Part shown: positions 13,021 through 29,381 of the stretch, in pieces
How the letters are laid out: each line of letters begins with the position of its first letter
Numbering within the stretch: the stretch's first letter is position 1
Assembly (NCBI GenBank): GCA_964016885.1
Contig: OZ024753.1
Coordinates: 19,840,001-19,904,000, forward strand
Source of the DNA: Eledone cirrhosa
Taxonomy: Eukaryota
Length of the DNA: 64,000 nt
Reading direction: 5' to 3'
The notes under the pieces: model-generated
Told to the model about the DNA's origin: nothing
The model's database searches: none
Seen by the model: only the letters and a program-made list of their open reading frames with translations
Translations under genes and position numbers: made by a program

Positions 13021-16000
13021 CTGAAAGACCAAACGAATATTTGACAAAGACATTGCAACACATACTAAAACAGTTCTGCATCGTGGCAAATACTTAGACA
13101 AACAAATGATATATTTCCGAAATATCGCTTCTAAAATAAATTACGAACACCCATGGATACTCTGTTGAAAGCAAATGCCTTGAAGTATACGAATATTTAC
13201 TCAGTTTACATGTAACTACCTTTTACATTTCGGTTGATCTATGACGATATGTTAATCCACGTAAATGCCGCCGCGTCTACAAACGTATCTGACGTGGTCT
13301 CATATTGCGGTAGAAATAGTATCTATAAACGGTTTCATTCCTTAAGTTATCTTCTATAATAAAGTTATCTTCTATAATAAAGAAAAAAACAACTTTCTGA
13401 TGAATTGAGATGTGGTCATGCGTGTAGATATCTGAAGACCCTTAGAGGCGTGAAAAGAAGTTGTCACCAGTCAGGCCGAAGGAAACTTAATTTTTCCTCT
13501 CTAAGGATCTTTATCCTATTTTATAAGCTATGTTATAACATCTCTTTATATGAAACAATGCAATTATAAACAATGCGGTTATTAATAACCGGAGTTGAAA
13601 TTAATGCATGCAAGATTTCGCAGCTCTAGCATTACTCCTTCATAGTCAGCCTATGAACCTTTCAGCTCACCCTCATACGCCACTTCACATTTGTACAAGA
13701 CTCAGTGCTTGATCCCAGACCAAAATACATTAATACATATTTGAACTCGAATCAAAATGATAAGTCCGAAGAATTAGCTGATGAAACGCGAGATAGCTGC
13801 CATTTTGAACTCGAATCAAAGAGTTAACGCTGAAGAAGTAGATAGCTGCCACTTTGAACCGTCTCTTCGACTTGATTATTTATTAATTTCTAACAACTCT
13901 TTTGTGTGTTTGTTTCTTTGCTCTTTTACATCGCCGTCGTCAGTACTTAACTAAATAAGTAGAATAAACAAAATTATTCCATAAAATGAAATACCATTAT
14001 AATAGATAAATGCTACTTTCTGATTGATTTTATTTAAATGATCTGTTATTCTAATGATGTTCATTTATTGTGTTTTACAATTCTAAGACAATCGATATAA
14101 ACTGGTCTGAAAGCAAATTTTCACTAAACAATTTTTGGCTCATCCTTTTCCGTTTATCGGAAGATTAACGACTTGTATCCAAATTTCAATAATTTCTATA
14201 TAATATCTTCAGCAAATAACGGTAATGTAAAACATTATAGCAAGTCATACACTGTAAATCAATTGCTACATCATTTATACATCATTCATGCGATGGTTCC
14301 ATTTTTATTAATTACACAATATATACATTTTTCGTTCAATTTATAAACAAACATAATATATTCTATTGATTTAAATTGAAAGTCCACTCGTGTGCTTATA
14401 TGTAAGCACGCCATAATGTATAGGTGAAAGTAAATACATTATAAGCTTTTTTAAGTGGGTATAAATTCAATATTTATTGACAAAGAAACTGTTAGCTCGA
14501 ATATTCTATGATAATGATATACAATTTATACACAAGCCTGCACACCTTGGCGTACAATATTAAGCTGAAAATATGTCTTCCTAAAGGGACATAACTCAAT
14601 ACTTGGAGGCATTTTACTGACATACATTACTCCCCTTTCTACTAATACCACTACGGCGTCCTACATTAAAATAATGAGTTTTGTAACAACAGGGAGAGGA
14701 AGTATGTATTGGATACTTTACAGCCTTGACACCAGGATACACATATACTTATATAGAAAGACATGTGTTCTGATATAAGACCTCAAAGAAAGAAGGAGAG
14801 AGGAGGGAAGAGAGGGAGGAAAAGAGAATGAAAGAAAGGGGAAGGAGGGTAAGATGAGGAGGAAATATTGTAATATGAAGACATGACCCAAGTACAAAAT
14901 AGTTCATTGTTCAGACACTGAGTAAATGAACGTCAAACATAAGTTCAAAAGAACGAACTCAATACTGACGCTCTAACACTGCCAAACCACCGCCATACAT
15001 AAAAACTGAAATTAATTCTAGAATATACAATTTGCCTTACAATATTTTCCCCTCACTTGCGGCCGTTCATTACAACCTTGCTATGTGCAAACGGTGATAG
15101 TTTTATTTTGAGTTATTAAATTGATACTTCCCAGGTCATATGTCAGTTCTAGAGCTTTTTATAACCTACACACAAAAGACACCGTCATGAATATCATCTC
15201 CGCTATTTCTTTCTTCTAAATACAAAGTCTGTGTGGTGTGAGCAATGAAAAATACTAATGGCGGACTTCTGAAATAAGAGACAGGAGAAAGTTAGATAGG
15301 AGGCAGTGATGCAGTAAATAGCTTTCAAATAAGCTGAATAGATTAGTGTCGTTATATTGTTGTCATGAAAGAGATTAATAGTTTCTTCTTATATATATGG
15401 TGAAAGATAAGTGAATATCTGCTACATTTACGGAGAAGTGATTCTCTAAATAGCTTTTTGTTATATGAGGATAACATGAGATTAACTGGCAAATGAAAAA
15501 CATTCTTTTGTAACTGGAATGTTACTCTGTTATTTGAAAGATTTGTTCTGGTCGAATGAGTCTGGATCTACAATTTTGAAAATATATTTATTTAGTTATT
15601 TTATGTATTTGTAAAGACGACAACTGCACATGTGATACAAATGGCCAAATCATGCCAGCGTTTTCTGAGAATATTCCAATTAAATCTGATACACGGAAAT
15701 CAAGTGCTATCGAGTGGTCTGTGTATGTCCATGGATTCCTGGATTGTTAACTGTAAATGTGGTTAGTGATGCATGATATTTTAATATGGGGTTGTGTTGA
15801 CTATTAATTAACAGGACACAAGGTTCATAACAAAATTATATAAATATTGGTTTAATTAAAAAATATCTTCAATTGCAACAAGTAATTTCTAGAAGTCTAA
15901 CGCCATTCATTTCTTCAAAACAAATAGAATACAAGAAATGTTTAGAAAGTAACGATTGAAATTTGAAATTGAAATAGAGATATAAGGTTTCGCCGTGACA

Positions 16001-16754
16001 TTTGATTTAATAACCTAGTTTAATAACGGGGCATATGGACCCATTGGACTGGAAAGAGATGGGTATCAGCACATAATGAAGTTTTCTATAACGTCCTTGA
16101 ATAATATCGACATACCGATATCTATGAAACAGATGTTTTAACACTTCGAAATGGTGATATTACAGTTTATAACATCTAGAAATATGAAGATCCAACGTTG
16201 TTCCATGGATCTAAAGTCAACAAAATCTCAATACTATTTCAACACACAATTACAGTCAGATATCAAAATTGCAAAATGCCAGGAGAAGGGGACCCAGGGG
16301 TCACATCCTGGATGCGGCTCATTCTGCCTTACAGTGTAAGAATTTAAGGGACGAAACACTTGCTTGAAGAGGGTATGTTCTCTGAAGATCTTCAGCTGTC
16401 CCGCTCTCCTGAGAGTTTATCACCACTATATACTTATAATAAGATGATATGTTCCAATTAAATCAGTTAAATAGAACTACTAATGTCGACCCATTCGAAA
16501 CAAGACAGTGGAACTCTCTATACTACACTGGGTCTGAGTAACTCACTGCCATTTTGTTTAGAGTCGAAGAAGTTTTCGTAATTATTAATTTATGCACATC
16601 AATTTTCTCCATCAATCTCAGATCTCCGTCTCTCTCTCTTCATATATATATATTTCAAATCCTGAAATAATGCACTGAATATACTTTAGAATTATGTGTT
16701 GATATTGAAGTAGAAATGCTTGCAGACATTAAAATAAAGTACCTCTTTGTTAAT

Positions 16755-16802
<48 letters not shown>

Positions 16803-17039
16803 GTGTGTGTGTGTATATAATAATAATGTATAAGGGAAGAAAGTATCAGTGTTGAATGATATACTTATTTAATATTTAATTACATATTATGTATGTTTCA
16901 CTGCTGATCAGTTCGAGGAACGATGGATTACTGAGTGCACATCTTGGAATACCACCTACAGACACAATTAATTTACACATCTAATACTTATATATGTATA
17001 TATCTATATATTATTGTATACATATATATATATGTATAT

Positions 17040-17221
17040 GGTGGATTGGCAGTACGGTAGAGGGTCGGACGCCATGCTTTCCAGCATAGTTACGTCCCTT
17101 TACTTCTGAGTTCAAATGCCACCGAAGTTGACTTTGCCTTTCATCCTTACGGGGTCGATAAAATAAAGTACCAGTAATGCACTGGGTAATTGCTGGCCTT
17201 GTGCCTAAAGTAGAAACAATT
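17040..17221 (+). mobile_element. tRNA-derived SINE A, full length
   Basis: A box TGGCAGTA(T)CGG, B box GAGTTCAAAT, conserved body gcctttcatccttacggggtcgataaaat. Confidence 0.9.
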
Positions 17222-17548
17222 ATATGTATACATATATATACATATATATATGGTAAAAGACTATTTTGAGTTTCTAACTCAATCTATGATATTCTCGGCT
17301 CCATATGTAGAGCTAACTATAGTCTCAGAAACCCAACTGCTATTTTTAGTGGCACGAGTATGAGACGCGCTAGGCGCTGTAACATGTGCTTTTATAGCAG
17401 CGTATCGTTCAATCTTCTTAGATCCTTTGATGTGAAAGGTACGAATTTCCTGGATACCCGCAGAAGAGCACAGGAATGGTGGCTTTTACTTATTAATTCT
17501 TTCGGAACAGATTTATACCTGTCTGGGTTTGTTATTTTTATTAATTTA

Positions 17549-18104
17549 CTAGCAGTGGTACCCGGCGTTGCACGGGATAAGGTATTGTGAAATATATAAC
17601 CATCTTAGCTAATCTTAGTATTGCTACAACCACGGCTGGCAAATAAGTAAGGGTGTGGTGGTACGTAAGTAAGCAACACCGTGGCTTAAAACGCGAGGAA
17701 GAGGTTGTGTGCACTTACCAACTGTCTGGGCTATGAGTGTGACATTTGTCTTGAGCAAGGGTGGCAGAATAACGGAAGGCAGCAAACAGCCAGACATACA
17801 GACAGATATTATAAGGGCAGGTTCTGGACACAGAGCGAATTGTAGGAAGTGACGTAATGCAGACAGCCAGACATACAGACAGATATTATAAGGGCGCGAA
17901 TTTATATGTATGTATCTGTCTAAAAAGAGAATTATAGAGAGAGATCGCTAAATAGCCTAATCCGGTCCCTAGGGCATTGAAAATTTGGATTTCTTTTGGC
18001 TCATGTGTAAAGCCTGAAAACAGTCGGTTGGGTGGTTTTCTAGTTTTAGGGAGTCAAACTCACACACACACACAGACAGACATCCTCAGTTTTATATATA
18101 TAGA
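17549..18104 (-). mobile_element. Non-autonomous Helitron
   Basis: 5' TC (A|TCTATATATATAAAACTG), 3' hairpin CCCGTGCAACGCCGGG then CTAG|T; inserted between A and T, no TSD. Confidence 0.85.
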
Positions 18105-18313
18105 TTACTTTAAATCGAGACCGGCAAACCATATTGTTTTAAATCAGTATTTTTTCAACCTAGCGAACTTGGTCATTTGTAATTGGAACAAATGTATACT
18201 TGTATCGGTGTTCATCCCTCTCATATATTCAATTATATTACACGGCTCGGAAAGTTTCCCTTCTTTGAGCTATTTAATTGTAAAAGACTATTTTGAGTTT
18301 CTAACTCAATCTA

Positions 18314-18527
<214 letters not shown>

Positions 18528-18536
18528 ATATATATG

Positions 18537-19150
<614 letters not shown>

Positions 19151-19252
19151 TACATCGCTATGTCAGAGCACCAGTCCTAATATATATATACATATATATT
19201 TATATTATAGATAGCGAGGCTTTTACCTGCAACCTTACAACAACTATATATG

Positions 19253-19284
<32 letters not shown>

Positions 19285-19699
19285 GGTGGGTGTGTGTGTG
19301 TGTATGTGTGCGTGTGTGTGTGTGGGTGCGTGTGTGTGTGTGTGTGTGCGTGTGTGTGCGTGTGTGTGTGCGTGTGTGTGTGTGTACATATATACGTATA
19401 TATATGCATGCATTTATATATGTATGCATATATATTTATATATATACATGCATACATATATATAAACATTTAAATGTATATAAGTGTATATCTAACGATG
19501 ATACACACCGGCCTGGCCCCAGCGTCTCCAACTACAGGACACCGACTAGGGTAGACGGGGCAATACTCTAACGAGGAATCTCCGATGAGTGCCAGCATCA
19601 CCCTACGGAGACAGAACAGCAGGAACCGTACCACGTAACGGTGCAGCAGCAGTGCTAGAGGCCGTACAGCCCTACCAATTCCTCAACGGCCAGATGCGT

Positions 19700-21510
19700 A
19701 CTCAACACATACACCTAGGATTAGACTTAGAAAATAATATGGTATAATCCACCATACTCCGTGGGTATGCACGGTAGCCTGGCCCGCTCATCCTTTAGGG
19801 CGCGCGATAAATACTTCCCTGGACCTCGAGGTACAATTTTTTAACAGACACATGTTGAAGCTCTCATACCCCACCATGAGCAGCATAGACCAACACATAG
19901 CTAGTATCAATAGAAATAGACTTAGAACATTTAGACAGGCACCAGATGATTCTCTAAACAACCAACAGAGCCTGGACAGGTAAAACAATAGACCTGGGAC
20001 TGACCCGAGTAACATTAATCTACCCGGGGACCCGATGCAAGTCACAGTGATGGAACACTCCAGCCTACCCAATGGGCACCCTAAACTAAACATACAGCGA
20101 TTGACCACATCATGGAACTGTAGAAACCCCGTCTTGTGCCCCTTAGCAACGAATGCCTGAAAAACATAGTTTACCGGTTCAGGATTACTACCCGGCACAT
20201 ATATATATATAGGCGCAACGTCAACGAGCTTCAAGGATAGGTGGTGAAATCCCCGCCACTGCTTTAATGGGATCGACAAACGAAAATGTGCGGCCCTTTT
20301 CCGAACTGATCTGAAAGCTCAAGCAGGACAAGACCCCGTACTCTTTGGTTTGGTCCAAGATTAAGGAGGTACCTCCAGAAAGAGGCGGGTCTGGCATGTG
20401 TAGCCTCTGTCTGGGTGAGACCCTCGAGATACTCATTGGTGGAATAAATATAATAAATGACAGGGCAGATTTCTGTGGTGCATGTCGACACGTAAGGAAG
20501 GGAACTTTCCTCAAGCTATATGGCTAGCAACCCCGCCCCAGAGACACCAACCTCGCCCACTGCACCTATCTCTTCTCTCTTCTCTTCTCTTCTCTTCTCT
20601 TCTCTTCTCTTCTCTTCTCTTCTCTTCTCTTCTTGTCTCGATTAGCATCTAAAAATATCCCAGAGCCACACTAACTTAGCGGTTGAGCACACGGCTTACC
20701 CCACTTTGAATTTCCCCTCTTCCTCACTTCCTAAGTTCTAATCCAACTATCTAACCATTAGCTATTTAGCAAGATAAAATACCTTGGGTGAATCCGATCC
20801 TGGGTATCTACATACACCCAGTATTTCTTCTCACTGGGATTCACCATCTACCCTCAGTCTATAATTTGGTCTTCCTAAGGACAAACTACCTCCAACTAAA
20901 TGAACGCATATCTGTTTTATATGTGAAATTTTCACTAACAACTCCAATACATTCTCTTACAACCATTGGTTGAAGTATATTAACACTACTACAACTAATA
21001 CAACTGCAGAGGTCATAGAGCTCAAAACACTGCTAGATTAGGGTATATTGTTGGTTGTTAAAACAACCTTAACCGACTGACCAGATTCCAGGATAATTGA
21101 CCTGAGAAATTCAATAGATTTGTTATTGGAATGGTGAAAGTAAATCTGACCATAGGAGGGAGGTCAATTCTACTGATGATTGAATTCGTTCATTCTAGAT
21201 CATATGTGACCAGTGGTTTGAGAAAGCAACATACTTCAGCACTGAGCATATAAAAAATCGAAATGTATTCCATCATTATGCTTTTCTGATTATTCTGTTC
21301 AAGTTCTAGCTGTCTGATGAAGTCATAGCTGTTGCATAATATCACCGAAATATATATAACAGCGAATATGAAGAAACGAAGTTAATTTTAACCTGTTGAC
21401 TAACACTTCTTGATTTTAAATTACTCCGGAGTAAACAGACTCTCTTGCGCACTGCGTTGAGTTTTCTACCCTGCATACTGAAGCGTCGGTAAGCAACCAA
21501 CACATACTCA
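19700..21510 (+). mobile_element. Decayed Naiad-type Penelope-like element, 3' part
   Basis: IWYNPPYS, FNRHMLKLSY, NCRNPVLCPL, YIGAT, CSLCLGE, GACRHVRK; hammerhead near the 3' end, then (CT)n(TA)n. Confidence 0.75.
21309..21363 (+). ncRNA. Minimal type I hammerhead
   Basis: GCTGT CTGATGA...GAAA TATAT ATA ACAGC; relative at 30388-30443. Confidence 0.65.
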
Positions 21511-21524
21511 AATCTCTCTCTCTA

Positions 21525-21675
<151 letters not shown>

Positions 21676-21709
21676 TTATATGTATACATATATAAGGTTG
21701 TGCTGTAAC

Positions 21710-22240
21710 GGCGATGAATTTGTTTGCAAGGTTCTTTTTATATGAAATCGTGTGTTAATACAAACATTGTTATATTTGTGGAGAGTCATATTATTATAAT
21801 ATTTGCAGAAACAGAAATATATATTAAAACAGAAATATATATTAAAACACACTCACTGTTTGTTTTGGGTTCGTTTTCGATTCAGTACATTTTATATCCC
21901 TATAGTTGATTTAGCTGGCAAGTGCATGCGCAGACAGAGACAATAATAAATATATAAATAAATTAGAATAATTCAACATCACAGCAATACCACGGGGGTA
22001 AAAACATAATCATTGATGATAGCACAGGTGTGTGATGAAAGAACCCTGAGAAAATATATATTTATATCTATATTTATAACTATTGGTTAATCAATTATAA
22101 ACATTAATTGCCAACTAATTTAACTATAGGGATATTAAATATACGGCAGCGAAAACAACCCAAACCAAACAGTAAGCGTGTTTTATTATATATTTCTGGC
22201 AATATTATAACAACATGACCCTCTACAAATATAACAATAT
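21710..22240. mobile_element. Neptune-type pLTR remnant with inverted ends
   Basis: 21765-21880 is inverted at 22150-22240; homologous to 11548-11640 and 12575-12690; degenerate hammerhead at ~22010. Confidence 0.65.
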
Positions 22241-22539
22241 ATATATGTATATATATATTCATTAGTTAAGAAAAACAAGACCACAAATTTCACAAGCTAG
22301 ACATTATTTGTTAAAACAACCTTAACCGACTGACCTGATTCCAGATTAATTGACCTGAGAAATTCAATAGATTTGTTATTGGAATAAAGATTGTCAACAT
22401 GAGCCGCTCTGTTTTTAAATATGTTAATTATTTTCAACTGAAGCAGATCAATAATGATATATAGTCATCTGATCCAGAAATTATATATGGAGTAGCGAAA
22501 CAATTGTAAACGGACATTATTATTATTAATATTATTAGC

Positions 22540-22917
22540 GGGTCGGACGCCATGCTTTGACGTATAGAGTTACGGCCCTTGCCATTTTGAGTTCAAATCC
22601 CGCCAAGGTTAACTTTGCCTTTCATCCTTACGGGGTCGATAAAATAAAGTACCAGTAATGCACTGGGTAATTGCTGGCCTTGTGCCTAACGTAGTAACAA
22701 GTATTATTAATATTATTAATATATATTAAGGGCGGTGGATTGGCTGTATCGGTAGAGGGTCGGACGCCATGCTTTCTAGCATAGTTACGTCCCTTTACAG
22801 TCTGAGTTCAAATCCCGCCGAGGTTAACTTTGTCTTTCATCCTTACGGGGTCGATAAAATAAAGTACCAGTAATGTACTGAGTAATTGCTGGCCTTGTGC
22901 CTAAAGTAGAAACAATT
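22540..22917 (+). mobile_element. Two tandem SINE A copies (22540-22701, 22734-22917)
   Basis: B boxes GAGTTCAAATCCC and conserved body. Confidence 0.9.
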
Positions 22918-23306
22918 AGTATTATTATTATTATTATTCTCTACATTCCTTACATCAAACTAAATTATGTTGACAATCTTGAACAGAATAAGCAGAAAAG
23001 CATAATGATGGAATACATTTCGATTTTTTTATATGCTCAGTGCTGAAGTATGGTGCTTTCTCAAACCACTGGTCGCATATGATATCTTCCTTGTGAAATT
23101 TGTGGTCTTGTTTTGCTTAACTGATGAATATTTCCAGCTCTGCACGCCTAACTTCTGCATGAACCCAGCCACCAAGCTGCTTTCTACTGCATATTGCACA
23201 TTGAGCACATGCCTTTACGCATTGGCTCCTAACTAATTCACTAATCTCTCCTATCTTATCTCCTCTCCTATCTCCATCTCTCTCTTTAAGATTGGTTACT
23301 CTTGAA

Positions 23307-23427
<121 letters not shown>

Positions 23428-23431
23428 AAAG

Positions 23432-23478
23432 TTTCTACAGAGCTAGAACTGTTTCATTCGTGAGAAATCATCAGGAAA
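23432..23478 (-). ncRNA. Type I hammerhead, back-to-back with a degenerate + copy (23480-23520)
   Basis: TTTC CTGATGA TTTCTCACGAAT GAA ACAG-TTCTAGCT-CTGT A GAAA. Confidence 0.65.
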
Positions 23479-23604
23479 TCTGATGATTTCTCACGAGTAA
23501 ACAGTTCTAGTCCGGTAGAAGCTTTCCTACATTATATATTTATACCCTGCTTTGTAATGAATGCCTTACTTACTGTGGTTACCCCCGATTGAACCCGGGA
23601 TAAA

Positions 23605-23639
<35 letters not shown>

Positions 23640-23991
23640 CAAAGGAATAGTGGTAAGGAACCAAATGGACCATAACGCACCAGAATACTCAATACTTAGG
23701 GTAGTAGAGTGGGAAAAATATATATATATTTATATATATATATATATATACTGTATATATATATATATGTTTATGTATATATGCCGACCGTTGAGGAAAT
23801 AATATCACACGCATGGTCGGGCCCTTGTATTAAGAAAAGTAAACCTTTTCCAAATTTAAAGGTTTTGATAAGGTTTTATAGGTCTAACATCTGAGGAGCT
23901 CAGAGTGCCATAACTCATAGTCCTCAGCGAAATATATAACACGGATTTTTATAAACGATAGTCAAATGAATATAGCCTTGGGTTTTTATTG

Positions 23992-24025
<34 letters not shown>

Positions 24026-24194
24026 GTGTGTGTGTCTGTGTGTGTGTGTGTGTGTGTATGTGTGTGTACATATGTATAAATATATTCATATATATATATA
24101 TATGAATATTTATATATATATATGTATATAAATATATAAGTATATAAATATATAGATATATATTTATATACATATATATATATATATATGTATG

Positions 24195-24277
<83 letters not shown>

Positions 24278-24279
24278 TT

Positions 24280-24353
<74 letters not shown>

Positions 24354-24423
24354 ATATATATATATGTATATAAATATATATCTATATATATATATGTGTG
24401 TGTGTGTGTATGTGTGTGTGTGT

Positions 24424-24477
<54 letters not shown>

Positions 24478-24525
24478 ATGAATTAAAATGGCAGGTTGAA
24501 TTCCCTTAATTATATATTTCTGCAA

Positions 24526-24583
24526 ACACTACGCATATTTCAGTGGTCAGGGCGCGTAGGAACCTGGTGACATCATCAGGTGT
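24526..24583 (-). ncRNA. Type I hammerhead
   Basis: ACAC CTGATGA TGTCACCAGG..CCTGACCACT GAAA TATGC GTA GTGT. Confidence 0.65.
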
Positions 24584-25061
24584 AAATTGCATAATACTTG
24601 CATGCCAAAAGAATAATGGTAACACACATCCCAAGCGGCTTTAATGGAAAAGCGAAAAATAAAACAGCAAAAAAAAAACCAGAGAAGACGATTGTGGAGA
24701 CTGTTGTTACTTTGGCTCCCCGTCTGTGAGCAATTCTATATATATATAGTAATGGATTTATATGTATGTAAAAGGTAAACAGAAATAACAACACAACCTG
24801 TTCAGTATATGGAAGGAATATATTAGGTTACCGCTTGATATAGTAGGAAGAGTGTCTTAGCGTTTCGGACGCCAGTCCTTTACCAGGAAAAAGAATGAGA
24901 AATAAAATAGATTAAGGGGACGGGCGGGATGGATTTGGAAAAATGCCTTTAGATAAAAATAATAGGTCCATTCATGTTGTTGCAAAAACAGACGGCATAT
25001 ATATATATTTATACATATATATATATATATACTTGGGGTAGTAGAGTGGGTATATATATAC

Positions 25062-25112
<51 letters not shown>

Positions 25113-25145
25113 CATACATATATATATATAGATATATAGATATAG

Positions 25146-25234
<89 letters not shown>

Positions 25235-25249
25235 TACATATAGATATAT

Positions 25250-25310
<61 letters not shown>

Positions 25311-26209
25311 ATATGCAATCTATATACTTATACATATATATATATACTGAGCTACTCTAACATCGAGATTTTTTAGAATATAGTAATGAAATATTTAGAG
25401 CGCGGTACGGACAGCCTTCGCTTGTTGTCTAGACATTGTTAGCAATTACCAGGAGCGTTATATAAAATAATGGCGGCGTGGAGAAGAAAAAAAGATAATT
25501 ATGAAAACAACAACTCGACTGATTTAACACTGTGCTGAGATACTTATAAGAAGATGTGTTGTGTACAATTAAAAAGCAGAATCTTCATTCGATACAGTAC
25601 AATAAAGAATGTTTGAGAATACCTACTTCACATATTCATAATAGGATACAACAATCTGGGTGTACAGATCTGTACGTTCTCCAAGGAGACATTGTACTTA
25701 ACACTATTGTTAATATATTGTGTAGTTTTCCTTCAAACAAAACAAGATCCCGCTTCAATCACTACGATAGAACTAAAAACTGGAAAGATCTTCTGATATT
25801 GCCTTCAATAGTCCTACACTCTCTTCGATTTTTCACATTTTATGTTTTATATCGAACATTTTCTTATTAATGTTAATGTGATGGAACAAGAAGAATGGCT
25901 GATGTGCGGTACTGAATATCCTATTTGTATTTAATGTTGAAATCCCAGCAACTTCCACTGTCTTTTCATCTTTCATTGAATCAATACAAAATGTCTTCAG
26001 CAGAGTCTGCCGAAACCACGGACTCTAAAGTCTTAGACATATGTATTATAGTACAAACTGATAGAGTAGCTATATACACTATATAGCTATATAGTGATAG
26101 AGGTATAAACACATGTAGCTATATACTTACATCTAAACAGATATATATATATATACACATCCACATAAACAGTTATAGATGTAGACACACATATATATAT
26201 ATATGTATA

Positions 26210-26261
<52 letters not shown>

Positions 26262-26264
<3 letters not shown>

Positions 26265-28252
26265 AATTGTTGTGAAAGCTGACAAGACTTCTAACGTGTA
26301 TACCATGGATATCGATACGTATAATAACTTCATACGCAACGAACTGCACAAAAAATATAGAAAAACAAATGAAACTACGCTAGCAAATATTAACAACGAG
26401 GCATATAAAGTAGTGAAGAATCTCAAGATATACGATAGAACCGAGCCGATTATACCCGCTACCCCAACCTTCAACCTGAAGGACCATAAGGTAAATTTTG
26501 ACTCTAACCTTAAGATTAGACTTATATGCCCTTCTAAATCAGACATAGGAAAAATTAGCAAACATATACTTGACAGAGTAATAACTCAAGTGAAAAAGAA
26601 AATTGAAATTAAATTATGGGGCAACACTAGCGAAGCAATTCGCTGGTTTAATAACGTTAAGAATAAGAATAAATCTAAGTTTATATAATTTGACATAGAC
26701 GAATACTACTCTTCCATCTCACCAAGCACTTTACGTAAGGCCCTATCGTTTGCTAAGGTCAATTCCGACCTAACGGAGGACGAAATTAATATTATTCTCG
26801 AGGCTAGAAAAACCATTATTAAGTTTTATAACTGCTACTGGGAACTTAAGGACAGACCCACACATTTCGACATTACCATGGGTTCCAACGACTCAGCGGA
26901 GGTCACGGATCTCGTGGGAATTTACATAGCCCACATATTACATAGTAAATTTAGTAATCTACAGGGGGGTGGGGAATATACAGAGATGACGGGCTATTAT
27001 TAGTTAATAACTTGAATAACCAAATTCTTGAAAGGCTACGGAAAAATATTAGAAAATCTTTTAGTGAACTGGGTCTAAAAATAACATACGAATACAATCT
27101 TAAAGTAGTAAACTTTCTGGACGTAACTCTTAATTTAAATACCGGACAGATGAATGAGAACCTTACGTATATTAACTTTAACTCAAACCACCCACTCTCC
27201 ATGATCAAATCAGTTCCCCGGAGTATTTCTCTTAGAACCTTTCGCCTATCGTCTAACTCTGATATTTTAGGTGAACACGCTGAATACTACAATAATGCAT
27301 TAAGGAAGGCCGACCACCGGGATACAATAGAATACATTGATAGGAATTTCCATAACACACATAGCTCTACACGAAATCAAGGAATACGTAACCGGGGGAC
27401 TAAAATACAAGCGCGCACACACAGTACTACCAGACATACTAATAATAGAAAATCACCACCAAATAAATCACGTTGTAGAAAGTATGTCTGGTACAATCCT
27501 ATTTTTAATGCCTCGATTAGTACAAAACTATCTCTTTCATTCTTTAAGTTAATCAACAAACGTTTCCCTAGTTCCCATAAATACAGCAAAATTCTGAACT
27601 CTAAAATTATTAGACTATCATACTCCACGGCACCAAACCTTGAAGCATACACAAAAAAACTTAACTTAAGTCAATTAAACAACTCTCAAAACAAAACATT
27701 TTAGTAACAGATGGGCAGAACATAATATCTGCCTCCCAACCACTAAATGGGAGACGGGTATTACACAATCCACTTGTACCGCTATCACAACCTATCCATG
27801 GTATATCCGCTACCCACAACAAAGAATGTAACTGCCATCTACCTGAAATATGTCCATTGAAGAATGAATGCCTAAAGTCCAACATTGTTTACCAATGCAC
27901 GGTTGAATCGAACGAGCAGAAATGGTATTATATCGGATCTACCACCACCTCGTTTAAATCTCGCTGGTACCGTCATCGATTCTCAATCAAACATCCTAAT
28001 CACCGTTTTGTGACCACGCTCGCCAACAAGACCTGGCAACTCCGTGAACGCAACCAACAGTTTACCTTAAAATGGGATATACTTTCCAGCGCAAGTGCAT
28101 ATCGGAGTAGTTTGAAGTACTGCAGGTTATGTAACCTTGAACTCTTTTACATATTAAAATCCAAAAACAAACTACTTAACGATAGAATTGAACGATCATT
28201 ATACTGCAACCACAAACTAAAAGCTAAATTCTCTCACTATAAAATAACTTAA
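26262..28252 (+). pseudogene. Naiad-type Penelope-like RT + GIY-YIG, 5'-truncated, few lesions
   Basis: [88 protein letters not shown]; starts in (TA)n. Confidence 0.92.
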
Positions 28253-28742
28253 CATTCGAACCCGTAACTATAACATCGCTTTCTAGCTAACCACATTCCC
28301 TTCCCCCACACTACAAGACAATACACTGCTTATCACTATAAATGGTAACTCAGTGCAATTCACAGATTACTACTACAAACCCAAAGTTCACTCACCACAT
28401 AAACTTCGTCTGTCCCCTCTCTACCTCTCTCTCTCTACATCCATTACACTCTCTCTCTCGCCTTTGACCTACCTCCCTCTCCACATCTATGAACCTGCCC
28501 TTTGGGGCAATAAATAATTCCGACCTTAACTATCAACGCATCTCTCCAAAAGTAACCAGTATAATAAAACCCCAACCATAAAATTTTGATTAAGATATCT
28601 ACAAACCACTCTCTCCTACTTCTCCAAACCCTGCATATCTTTCTGTCGCTCTCCCTCTCCCCTACTTTTCTCTCTTCTTTTTCTACTCTATCTTCCCCAA
28701 CAACCCCACTTAAGGGTATTTACATTGTACATTTTACCATTC

Positions 28743-28854
28743 TGCTCTGAGGATACAGTGGTCACAGCATTGGATAGTTGAGTTCTGCAAATACTTGTAA
28801 ATTTGCACATAGCATAACTAGGCTGTAGTACCACCGTGGAAACATTTGTAAGCA
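28743..28854 (+). ncRNA. Type I hammerhead with ~85-nt extended stem II, at 3' end of the Naiad element
   Basis: TGCT CTGAGGA TACAGTGGT...ACCACCGTG GAAAC ATTT GTA AGCA; inner pairs ACAGC/GCTGT, TAGTT/AACTA, TGCAAAT/ATTTGCA. Confidence 0.8.
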
Positions 28855-29381
28855 CACGGAATAAATTACCTTTTTATGACATCTACCTGTTATTATTCAT
28901 TCTTTATATATATATATATATATACAATAAAGTATGTCCATAGAATCATTTGATAAGATATATACACCATCTCGTCTCCCAATCAGCATAATCAACCACA
29001 CAAAAAAACATTTAAACCAGGCTATAAGATTAAAAGGCACCTATGAAGAAATAATAGATAAATAAACGACACCCATATATTCGCGATCAACAGCTATAGA
29101 ATATTTACCCAGCATTCCAATAGCACGTAGAGATCGATTAACTATATCGTGAACCATACACAATTAGGTATAAAATTAAAGTTAGAAGAAAGAATATATA
29201 TAAACATACCAAGATTACGTTTCTACCCCTGAGGTTTCATTCGCTTTTGGAAATATCCGATCAAGGATAAATTCACGAGCTTCGAAAACATCAGGAAACA
29301 AACTCATACGGACGAAGATTTTTCTTAAATGATCCCCGCCAGAAACGAATTCAAAATGGCTAAGAACTGTGACGTGGCCGT

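Noticed and set aside
13398-13470. Isolated CTGATGA/CTGAAGA + GAAA matches (also ~3650, 23121, 23891, 36131)
   Set aside because: Stem I or III cannot be formed convincingly; at best decayed remnants
17040-17125. tRNA gene
   Set aside because: A/B boxes belong to the SINE head; no complete cloverleaf
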